From Cyclobacteriaceae bacterium (GTDB taxonomy: Bacteria; Bacteroidota; Bacteroidia; Cytophagales; Cyclobacteriaceae), in the NCBI GenBank assembly GCA_031400675.1, contig JANNQJ010000425.1, forward strand, positions 1 to 43,303: 43,303 nt of DNA. Reading direction: 5' to 3'. Position numbers and translations under genes: made by a program. The stretch's first letter is position 1. Every line of letters begins with the position of its first letter. Of this stretch, positions 7,717 through 16,185 are shown in pieces. Under the pieces are notes generated by a model. That model was given only the letters and a program-made list of their open reading frames with translations. It was not told where the DNA came from and did no database searches.

Positions 7717-9465
7717 ATGAAACAAACAATCACATTGCTGGGTTTTATTTTTATAATAGTGAACTGCTTTTCCCAGGGGTTACATCAAAAAACATATTGT
7801 AACCCAATGGACATTAACTACCGGTACAATTTCGAACAGTTGAATGAAAAAATTTCATATCGGTCAGGTGCTGATCCGGTTGTGATCAATCACAAGGGAG
7901 AATATTTTCTGTTTGTTACAATCTCCGGAGGATGGTGGCATTCAAAGGATTTATTACACTGGAATTATGTGGTGCCTGATAAGTGGCCGATGGAAGACAT
8001 GTGTGCGCCTGCGGCCTTATCTGTGAGGGACACCTTATACTTGTTTCAGTCAACCTTTGAGAAACGTCCTATTTTTTACAGTACAGAACCAGAGAAAGGA
8101 AAATTAAAATTCTTTAACCGCTTACTTCCACAATTGCCAAAAGATATTGGGCCATGGGACCCCGGTCTTTTTTATGACGAAGAAAAAGATAAATGGTACA
8201 TGTATTGGGGCTCCTCAAATGTTTACCCAATTTACGGAGCGGAATTGGACAAGAAACGTCAACTGACCTATGCAACCCCATATAAAGGATTAATCTCACT
8301 TCATCCCGATCTACACGGATGGGAGCGCTTTGGTTTAAACCATACCGATACGATCCGACCTTTTATTGAAGGAGCCTGGATGACCAAATACAACAAAAAA
8401 TATTATTTGCAATATGGAGCCCCGGGTACGGAGTACAACGTGTATGGCAATGGAACCTATATTGGCGATGATCCGCTCGGGCCTTTCACATACGCTGCTT
8501 ACAACCCGATTTCATACAAGCCGGGCGGATTTATGACAGGCGCTGGTCACGGCAGCACTTTTCAAGACAACTACGGTAATTGGTGGAATACCGGAACACC
8601 CTGGATTGCTGTAAACTGGAATTTTGAACGCAGAATAGCCATGTTTCCTGGAGGCTTTGATCAAAATGACCAAATGTATTTTAACACACGGTTTGGAGAT
8701 TTCCCACATTACTTGCCAACCGGAAAGATGACAAACAAAGACGCGTTATTTACAGGATGGATGCTGCTATCCTATAAAAAACAGGTTCAGTCTTCGTCAC
8801 AAAAAGAAAATTTCAGTCCAGAGAAATTAACAGATGAAAACCCACGTACCTTTTGGGTGGCTGGCACCTCAAAAAAAGGTGAGTGGGCAACCATTGATCT
8901 GGGAAAGGTTCAAAATGTAAAGGCTTTTCAACTCAACTATACCGATTATAAATCCGATATTTTTGATAACGATTCCTCCGTATATATTCAATTCAGGATG
9001 TACGCGTCCAAGGACGGGAGTGTTTGGGAATTAATGCACGACCAGTCGAAGGTAAAGGAAGATCGTCCGAACGCTTTTATTGAACTGCCTGCACCTGTAA
9101 AAGCACGCCACATTAAGTTTGAGAATGTGTACGTGCCTACGCCCAATCTGGCGATAAGCGACATCCGTATTTTTGGAAATGGAGATGATAAACTGCCAAA
9201 AACCCCAACCAAACTGAAAGCCACCCGTAAGCAGGACAAACGTAATACGAACATCAGTTGGAAGCCGGTGCCCGGTGCCGTGGGATATAACATTCTTTGG
9301 GGAATTGATAAAGACAAATTGTATCAAACCTACCAGGTATGGGCCGATGCAGGTTCTATCCTGGAAATACGAGCCCTTACAGTTGATCAATCATACTTTT
9401 TTGCAATTGAAACATTCAATGAAAATGGGGTTTCTGTAGTGAGTCAGGTTGTTGAGTGTCCGTAG
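7717..9465 (+). CDS. GH43-family five-bladed propeller hydrolase fused to an F5/8 type C (CBM32-like) domain and a C-terminal FN3 domain
   Basis: The signal peptide is MKQTITLLGFIFIIVNCFSQG. GADPVVINHKGEYFLF is the Asp-base block and IEGAWMTKYNKKYYLQYGAPG is the Glu-acid block. TDENPRTFWVAG...GEWATIDLGK...FQLNYTDY is discoidin-like. PTKLKATRKQDKRNTNISWKPVPGAVGYNILWG is FN3-like. Confidence 0.7.
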   Translation: MKQTITLLGFIFIIVNCFSQGLHQKTYCNPMDINYRYNFEQLNEKISYRSGADPVVINHKGEYFLFVTISGGWWHSKDLLHWNYVVPDKWPMEDMCAPAALSVRDTLYLFQSTFEKRPIFYSTEPEKGKLKFFNRLLPQLPKDIGPWDPGLFYDEEKDKWYMYWGSSNVYPIYGAELDKKRQLTYATPYKGLISLHPDLHGWERFGLNHTDTIRPFIEGAWMTKYNKKYYLQYGAPGTEYNVYGNGTYIGDDPLGPFTYAAYNPISYKPGGFMTGAGHGSTFQDNYGNWWNTGTPWIAVNWNFERRIAMFPGGFDQNDQMYFNTRFGDFPHYLPTGKMTNKDALFTGWMLLSYKKQVQSSSQKENFSPEKLTDENPRTFWVAGTSKKGEWATIDLGKVQNVKAFQLNYTDYKSDIFDNDSSVYIQFRMYASKDGSVWELMHDQSKVKEDRPNAFIELPAPVKARHIKFENVYVPTPNLAISDIRIFGNGDDKLPKTPTKLKATRKQDKRNTNISWKPVPGAVGYNILWGIDKDKLYQTYQVWADAGSILEIRALTVDQSYFFAIETFNENGVSVVSQVVECP

Positions 9466-9473
9466 CCGTGCGC

Positions 9474-11375
9474 ATGAAAAATTTGCTCTTTTTAATTTCT
9501 GTTTTTTTTATCAGCTCGGCAACTGCACAGGCAATTGTTGATGATGCGGATGACGAACATATTTTTATATTGAATGACCTCACTTATTTTATCGATCCAT
9601 TCGATACGCTTACAATAGAAACAGCCTCTTCGGCTTCATTTGTAAAAAATTACCTCCGACATAGCTCCTATCACAACACCGATTTCCAATCGGGTGCAGC
9701 CTATTGGATACGCATGCCCGTTCAATCCAATTCACGATCAAAAAAGAATTGGATTTTTGAATTCTACGATCAAACAATCGATCACCTGGAGGTCTTTATA
9801 CCTCAACCCGAAGGGGTATTTCAACAATCCATAACAGGCGACCAGTATAAATTTGAACAACGAACGTTCCCGCATAAAAATTTTGAAATACAAGTACCTA
9901 GCCACGGTGATACAACGGTATATTACTATTTCAAAATCCGGTCGCATGATTTTGCCGATATCCGCATTGTCTTTCGCTCCATCGATCGGTTCATTTACTA
10001 CACCTTGAATGAATATTTTCTGTACGGCACGTTTTATGGAATGATCTTTATTATTATTCTGTACAACTTCCTGGTATACCTGGCGATACGTGAAATCAAA
10101 CACATCTTCTATATTTTTTACATTTTAAGTGTGGCGTTTTATGCTATGAGCGTGGATGGAATCGGCTTTCAATATATCTGGCCTGATTATCCTCAATGGA
10201 ATAAAGTTGCTGTTGGGGTTTCTCTTTACTCACTCATTCTTTGGGCACTTATTTTTACCAGGCGGTTCCTCAGCACGGAAGCGAATGCACCGAGATTGGA
10301 TAAAGTATTAAGATGGGCTATCTTCGGACGTACTGCTTTGTTTCTCATTACCTTATTATTTTATCCACAACTTTTCTCGTATCGCAATATAGAGATCATT
10401 CCGCTGTCGCTGATTTTATATACAGGAATTGTAGTTTGGTACGAAGGTTACCGGCCTGCACGCTTTTTTGTAATTGCCTACGGATTATTATTCTCGGGCT
10501 TTTTTATCCGGATGCTGGTGTACTTAAATGTATTACCGTTCACAATTATCTCGCACTATAGTCTTCACCTCAGTTTTGGATTGGAAATGCTATTCCTCAC
10601 GTTTGCACTGGGTGACCGAATTCGAATATTAAAAGACAATCGCGATCGGGCCTTGAAACGAATCATTCACCAGCACGAATTTAACATGCAGTTACAAGAC
10701 AAAGTAAATCGTGAATTGGAGGAAAAAGTTAAAGAGCGCACAGTGGAACTGGATACAAAAAATCACCTGCTGGAAGAGAGTAATCAAAAACTGGAACAAC
10801 AGGCCATTGAAATCAATCAGATTAATTCGATGCTGGATCTTGACAATTGGAAACTAAAAAACAGAATTAAAGAAGTATTAAGTGAACGGTTGTTGGAGAA
10901 AACGATGGATTACACTGAATTCACAACCCTCTATCCGGATAACCTCGCGTGCTACCGATCGTTGGAAAATCTCAAATGGGAACATGGCTTTCACTGTCGT
11001 AAGTGCGATAACGAGAAGTATTTCGAAGGTGCATTAAAATTCGCTCGCAGGTGTACGCGCTGCGGATACAACGAGTCCATCACTGCATTCACCATCTTCC
11101 ACAGCATCAAATTCCCGATTGAAAAAGCATTTTACATAGCCTACCTGGCCGTAAGCGGCAAAAAGGAAAGCACCCTAGGAGTTCTGGCAAGGAAGCTGGG
11201 ACTTGGATTAAATACCGTTTGGGGTTTTCGAAGTAAGGTAATTGAACGAGTAAGAGAGCTTGAAAAGGGCGGAAGAAAGCCTACCAACGCTCGCTGGGAG
11301 GAAGTAATCATAGAAAACCCTAAAATCAATTCAAAATCTAAGGTTGCTATCACCACCGGTGTTCGACAAGACTAA
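9474..11375 (+). CDS. 7TMR-DISM-type membrane sensor (DISMED2 ectodomain + 7TM) with a coiled-coil linker and a C-terminal IS1595-transposase-type zinc-ribbon/HTH DNA-binding domain; candidate PUL regulator
   Basis: ATG 9474 gives the signal peptide MKNLLFLISVFFISSATAQA, followed by an ~160-aa ectodomain, seven hydrophobic helices and a heptad-rich linker. Then comes LENLKWEHGFHCRKC-x15-CTRCGY...FTIFHSIKFPIEKAFYIAYLAVSGKKESTLGVLARKLGLGLNTVWGFRSKV. No DDE domain follows. Confidence 0.7.
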   Translation: MKNLLFLISVFFISSATAQAIVDDADDEHIFILNDLTYFIDPFDTLTIETASSASFVKNYLRHSSYHNTDFQSGAAYWIRMPVQSNSRSKKNWIFEFYDQTIDHLEVFIPQPEGVFQQSITGDQYKFEQRTFPHKNFEIQVPSHGDTTVYYYFKIRSHDFADIRIVFRSIDRFIYYTLNEYFLYGTFYGMIFIIILYNFLVYLAIREIKHIFYIFYILSVAFYAMSVDGIGFQYIWPDYPQWNKVAVGVSLYSLILWALIFTRRFLSTEANAPRLDKVLRWAIFGRTALFLITLLFYPQLFSYRNIEIIPLSLILYTGIVVWYEGYRPARFFVIAYGLLFSGFFIRMLVYLNVLPFTIISHYSLHLSFGLEMLFLTFALGDRIRILKDNRDRALKRIIHQHEFNMQLQDKVNRELEEKVKERTVELDTKNHLLEESNQKLEQQAIEINQINSMLDLDNWKLKNRIKEVLSERLLEKTMDYTEFTTLYPDNLACYRSLENLKWEHGFHCRKCDNEKYFEGALKFARRCTRCGYNESITAFTIFHSIKFPIEKAFYIAYLAVSGKKESTLGVLARKLGLGLNTVWGFRSKVIERVRELEKGGRKPTNARWEEVIIENPKINSKSKVAITTGVRQD

Positions 11376-11553
11376 ATTGCAATCGTTTCCGGCTCTATGT
11401 TTTTTTTAAATGAAAAACTTAAGAAAAAGTTGTTTTTTCTAACTGTAATCGATTGAAATCGATGTTTTTATTGAATTAAAAAGTTTAGTAAAAAATGACC
11501 AAGAACTTCTGAAAAAATCAATTAAAACGAAAAAAACTATTTAATGTGCTTGC

Positions 11554-11610
11554 TTTTGCCAAACTTGAATAGCGCCAAAATATGATTTCACCCAATACAA
11601 TTTGGCAAAA
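11554..11610 (+). promoter_or_regulatory. Perfect 10-bp inverted repeat TTTTGCCAAA-N37-TTTGGCAAAA ending 2 nt before the susC ATG; operator or 5'-leader hairpin, function unknown
   Basis: Read directly: 11554-11563 and 11601-11610 are exact reverse complements. A third half-copy, GCCAAAA, lies at 11574-11580. Confidence 0.5.
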
Positions 11611-11612
11611 CA

Positions 11613-14600
11613 ATGATGAAATTTTTACTTTTTACGTGCCTTTTACTGTTTTCGATAACAAACGCAATAGCTCAACCACGTACTATCAGGGGTAAGGTAA
11701 TCTCTTCCGAGGACAGCCAGCCAATACCAGGTGTAAATGTAATTATACAGGGAACTACGAAAGGCGCAGCCACGGATGCTGAAGGTGCATATTCTCTCGA
11801 ATTGGCAGCAGGAGAAAATACGCTATCATTCACTTTTGTTGGGTATAAAACTCAGACTATAGAGATCGGGCAGCGTGAAGTTATTGACATTGTTCTAGAA
11901 GTAGATGCAACAGAATTAGAAGAAGTAGTTGTGATTGGTTACGGAACGCAGCGCAAAAGGGATGTTACGGGTTCAATTGTATCCATTAAGGGAAGTGAAG
12001 TTTCAAACAAGCCAAATGCAAACCCGCTAAATTCTATACAAGGTAAAGTTTCCGGGGTAACAGTGACTAATAGTGGCGTTGCGGGAGCATCCCCTACAAT
12101 TCGGATCAGAGGGGTGGGTTCAATTTCTAACACCAATCCGCTCTATGTAGTGGATGGAATCTTTACCGACAACATTGACTTTGTGAATCCAAATGACATA
12201 GAGTCTATGGAAATTCTTAAAGATGCTTCATCACTTGCTATTTATGGGGTGCAGGGAGCTAATGGTGTTATAATAATAATTACAAAAAGAGCTAAAAAAG
12301 ATGAGACCAACATTAACTTTAGTTCGTACGCTGGTTTTCAACAAGTGACCAATCCAATAGAGGTTACAAACGCAGCCGAATTTAAGCTTCTCTATGATGA
12401 GGACTTATCAAATCAAGGCGAAGCACCTTTTGATTTTAGCAATTACACCGCTGATACTGATTGGCAAGATCAAATCCTAAGAAGTGCTGTTATCATGAAC
12501 TACAGCTTAAGTATCAATTCTGCCAGCGAAAAAAACCTGACAAGCTTTAGCCTGAATTACTTTAAGCAGGATGGGGTGGTTAAATACGATTCATACTCCC
12601 GGTACACCGCCCATCTAAAGGACGAGTTTACTATTAACAATCACATAAAAGTGGGTGGAGACATTACACTTTTCCACTGGACGCGTGAACCCCAAACAGC
12701 ACAATTAAACAATGCCATCTGGGCTGCTCCTGTTTACGCACCTAAAGCTGAAAATGGGCTCTATAACTCCAGTCCATCTTTTCAACGTGCACAGGTAGGC
12801 AATCCTGTCGCAACTACTGAAATCTTGAAAGATAAAACTATCAGCGAAGGATACAGGGTAGTGGGTTCAGGTTTTGTGGAACTAAATATTTTGAAAAACA
12901 TCACGTGGAAATCTGTTTTTTATACTGATCTCGGTTTTAATAAATCAAGAGGTTACACGCCTAAATACTCCATTGGAGCAAACACGGATCCTGATGATCC
13001 AAACTTCGATCTTATACAAGTTACCGACAGAACTTCCGTGCGCCAATCTGCTGATAACTACACCGCATGGCAAATGGACCACACATTTACTTACAGTAAA
13101 AACATAAACGAAATTCATAATTTCACACTGTTAGGCGGCATTACACAACGATACAGTGGTTACGATGGCTTAGAGGGGAGCAGGCAAGGCAAGGACCCTC
13201 TCCCTATTCCTGATGATCCAGATTTTTGGTATTTGGGGATTGGTGACAATGATCCAACCCGCACGAATGGTGGTGGGGCTTCAGAGGAAGTATTCTTATC
13301 TTTCTTAGCCAGAGCAAACTATGCATTCAAAGACAAATATTTGTTAAACGTTTCGTACCGCAGAGACGGAACATCAAAATTTAATCCCTTCAATCGTTGG
13401 GGGGATTTTGGATCTGTTGGTGCCGGTTGGGTTCTTACCGAAGAATCATTCTTCGATTTCGAACCCGTAAATTTCTTGAAACTAAAAGCCTCATGGGGCA
13501 GGTTGGGAAATGATAAAATCGGAAATTATTTGTATTACCCTTTGCTAAATACAGGTGTAGCGGGGGTATTTGGGGAAAATGTTTATCCGGCTGCTATACC
13601 CTCATTTATACCGAACCCCAACATACGGTGGGAAATTGTACAAGGGACCGATATTGGTTTTGAAACAATATTTCTTGAAAGTAAACTAACGGCTGAATTT
13701 TCATATTACAATCGGGAAACAAAAGACATCCTCGTAAACATAGAAATTCCTGCTTCCGTTGGAACAGGAATATCACAGATTAATGCCGGAACAATTGTGA
13801 ACAGAGGTATTGAACTTTCATTAGGATGGAATGACGAATTTTTTACTGACTGGCGCTACTCTGTTAGTGGTAATGTTACTACAACTCATAACGAAGTAGT
13901 TTCAATAGGAGATAATGAAGGCTACAACATAATATCAGGCCCATCAAGGACAGAACTCGGACATCCTATCGGTGCTTTTTATGGATATGTTCAGGAAGGC
14001 GTTTTCCAATCGCAAGAAGAAGTTGATGCCTCATCACAGGCAGGAACCGGTGCTAAACCTGGCGACATTCGGTATAAAGATGTAGATGGCAATGGCGAAT
14101 TTGATGATAATGATAGAACATTTATAGGTTCTCCGATTCCTGACATTACATACGGTCTATCGCTAGGTCTGTCCTATAAGTATTTTGAATTCGGAATAGA
14201 CTTTCAAGGTGCCGGAGGAAATGACATCTACAGACAACGATCTACACAAACTTTTGCTCCGCTTAATTATGAATCCAATCGTTTGGATAGATGGGTGGGC
14301 CCGGGTTCGTCAAACAAAGAGCCAATAATGGACAGTAGTCGACCTAATAATTATCTGGTTTCTACTTATTTTCTTGATGCTGCTGATTACTTCCGAATCA
14401 GAAACATTTCATTGGGGTATAATTTCCCGTTTGAGTTATTAGAAAAAATAAAACTCAAGAATGCTAAAGTCTACATAAACGCACAAAACGTCTTCACCTT
14501 TACCAAAGCGACTGGCTATTCACCTGAGGTTGGCGGAAGTCCAATCAGTTTTGGTGTAGACAATGGGGTCTATCCAATCCCTGCTACTTATACTGCTGGC

Positions 14601-14618
14601 ATTAACCTGAACTTTTAA
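11613..14618 (+). CDS. susC: SusC/RagA-family TonB-dependent outer-membrane transporter (no STN domain)
   Basis: The signal peptide is followed by a carboxypeptidase-D-regulatory-like domain (IRGKVISSEDSQPIPGVNVIIQGTTKGAATDAEGAYSL), then a plug (VVIGYGTQRKRDVTGSI), a ~1000-aa barrel, and a C-terminus ending in NLNF. A SusD gene follows 5 nt later. Confidence 0.95.
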   Translation: MMKFLLFTCLLLFSITNAIAQPRTIRGKVISSEDSQPIPGVNVIIQGTTKGAATDAEGAYSLELAAGENTLSFTFVGYKTQTIEIGQREVIDIVLEVDATELEEVVVIGYGTQRKRDVTGSIVSIKGSEVSNKPNANPLNSIQGKVSGVTVTNSGVAGASPTIRIRGVGSISNTNPLYVVDGIFTDNIDFVNPNDIESMEILKDASSLAIYGVQGANGVIIIITKRAKKDETNINFSSYAGFQQVTNPIEVTNAAEFKLLYDEDLSNQGEAPFDFSNYTADTDWQDQILRSAVIMNYSLSINSASEKNLTSFSLNYFKQDGVVKYDSYSRYTAHLKDEFTINNHIKVGGDITLFHWTREPQTAQLNNAIWAAPVYAPKAENGLYNSSPSFQRAQVGNPVATTEILKDKTISEGYRVVGSGFVELNILKNITWKSVFYTDLGFNKSRGYTPKYSIGANTDPDDPNFDLIQVTDRTSVRQSADNYTAWQMDHTFTYSKNINEIHNFTLLGGITQRYSGYDGLEGSRQGKDPLPIPDDPDFWYLGIGDNDPTRTNGGGASEEVFLSFLARANYAFKDKYLLNVSYRRDGTSKFNPFNRWGDFGSVGAGWVLTEESFFDFEPVNFLKLKASWGRLGNDKIGNYLYYPLLNTGVAGVFGENVYPAAIPSFIPNPNIRWEIVQGTDIGFETIFLESKLTAEFSYYNRETKDILVNIEIPASVGTGISQINAGTIVNRGIELSLGWNDEFFTDWRYSVSGNVTTTHNEVVSIGDNEGYNIISGPSRTELGHPIGAFYGYVQEGVFQSQEEVDASSQAGTGAKPGDIRYKDVDGNGEFDDNDRTFIGSPIPDITYGLSLGLSYKYFEFGIDFQGAGGNDIYRQRSTQTFAPLNYESNRLDRWVGPGSSNKEPIMDSSRPNNYLVSTYFLDAADYFRIRNISLGYNFPFELLEKIKLKNAKVYINAQNVFTFTKATGYSPEVGGSPISFGVDNGVYPIPATYTAGINLNF

Positions 14619-14623
14619 ATCGT

Positions 14624-16111
14624 ATGAGAAATAATAATATAGCCAAATTTTTTCTCGCATTATCTATCTTGATTTTTTCAGGGTGCGAAGATTTTCTGGA
14701 TAGAAAGCCCTTGGGACGCTACACTACAGAAACTTATCCAACAGGTGGGCTTGCGCAGTATGTTTATGGTATGTATTCCGACCTTCGATTGTATGGCGCA
14801 CATGCGTGGCCATTCGTTGGTGTAACCAGTATCCGGTCAGATGATGCAGCTAAAGGAAGCACACCAACAGATGGAGCACAAGCACAGGGGGTTTATGATG
14901 AATTTACATTATTGTCAAATCATGAATTAACAAAAACATTTTATGTTGACACGTATGCTGCTATTAATAAATGCAACGTGGTTCTTCAGCAATCTGATTC
15001 TTTAAGAAGCGAGATAAGTGAAGAGGACTACGAGATCTCACGTGCTGAAGCAAAATTTGTTCGTGGTTATTTGTACTTCAATTTAGTGCGGGGTTTTGGC
15101 GGAGTTCCAAAAATAGATGCACTGGTCACAGATTTATCTTCTTTTAATAGTCCGCGTGCATCGGCAGAAGAGATTTATGCCTTTATAGAAAGTGACTTAC
15201 TTGAAGCCGAACAATTTCTTCCCACATTCTGGGGAGATGAGTTCGCTGGACGACCCACTAAAAGTGCAGCGCAAGGGATGCTCGCAAAAGTTTATTTGTA
15301 TCAAGATCGATGGGCTGAATCATTAGCTCTTTCTGAAAGCATTATTAATTCGGGTCTGTTTGACTTAACCACACCATACAATGTGATCTTTACTGAGGCT
15401 GGTGAAAACAGCAAGGAGTCTCTTTTTGAAGTTCAATGTATTGTCAACGAAAGCTACAATTTTGGGTGCGAATACGCTCTTGGGCAGGGAATACGAGGCA
15501 CTGGCCAAATGGACTTAGGGTGGGGGTTTAATTCTCCTTCGCAACAATTGTTGGATGCCTATGAACTAAATGACCCCAGAAAGGAAGCCACTATTTTATT
15601 TCAAGGGGAGGTAACCACATATGGAGAAATAGTACCGGGTATTTCGGGAGTTACCAATGCTCGCTTCAATCAAAAAGTTTACACAAACCCAAGCTTTAGA
15701 ACCGCTGCCAACAGTCGTTTTGGCCAGTGGATGAACGTGAGGATTTTGCGCTATGCAGACATTGTGTTAATGGCTGCTGAAGCTGCAAATGAATTAGGGC
15801 AAACTTCTGATGCGCTAGAATACCTGGAGATGGTGCGAGCCCGGGCACGCGGGACTAATCCCTCTGTATTACCAGAAATTACAGAAACCGACCAGGACTT
15901 ATTGCGGGATCTTATTCGCCACGAAAGAAGAATTGAACTGGCCATGGAACACGAACGCTTTTTCGATTTAGTGCGGTGGGGAATTGCATCAGAAGTTTTA
16001 CAGGCAGCGGGTAAAACAAATTTTGTGGCTGGAAAGCATGAACTTCTTCCTATACCACAAGATGAAATTGACAAATCCGATGGTGTCCTAATTCAAAATC
16101 CAGGATACTAA
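14624..16111 (+). CDS. susD: SusD/RagB-family outer-membrane glycan-binding lipoprotein
   Basis: The lipobox and SusD N-terminus read ILIFSGCEDFLDRKPLG. TPR-like helical blocks are present (RAEAKFVRGYLYFNLVRGFGGVP, RILRYADIVLMAAEA, IRHERRIELAMEHERFFDLVRWG). Confidence 0.9.
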   Translation: MRNNNIAKFFLALSILIFSGCEDFLDRKPLGRYTTETYPTGGLAQYVYGMYSDLRLYGAHAWPFVGVTSIRSDDAAKGSTPTDGAQAQGVYDEFTLLSNHELTKTFYVDTYAAINKCNVVLQQSDSLRSEISEEDYEISRAEAKFVRGYLYFNLVRGFGGVPKIDALVTDLSSFNSPRASAEEIYAFIESDLLEAEQFLPTFWGDEFAGRPTKSAAQGMLAKVYLYQDRWAESLALSESIINSGLFDLTTPYNVIFTEAGENSKESLFEVQCIVNESYNFGCEYALGQGIRGTGQMDLGWGFNSPSQQLLDAYELNDPRKEATILFQGEVTTYGEIVPGISGVTNARFNQKVYTNPSFRTAANSRFGQWMNVRILRYADIVLMAAEAANELGQTSDALEYLEMVRARARGTNPSVLPEITETDQDLLRDLIRHERRIELAMEHERFFDLVRWGIASEVLQAAGKTNFVAGKHELLPIPQDEIDKSDGVLIQNPGY

Positions 16112-16185
16112 TTACAATTAACAACGGATATTCTTAAACAATATCGTATATGTACCAGAGTGTTAACTAAACAAAATTTAAAATT

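Noticed and set aside
10900-11375. An IS1595-family transposase or insertion sequence, suggested by the Zn_Tnp_IS1595-like zinc ribbon/HTH
   Set aside because: The segment is the in-frame C-terminus of the 7TM sensor ORF. No DDE catalytic domain follows; the ORF stops about 45 aa after the HTH. I could find no terminal inverted repeats or target-site duplication around it. I treat it as a domesticated domain, not a mobile element.
11376-11407. A T8 run (11400-11407) after the regulator gene as a rho-independent terminator
   Set aside because: I could not find a convincing GC-rich stem directly upstream of the T-tract; only the 8-bp palindrome ATTGCAAT is present. It is not called.
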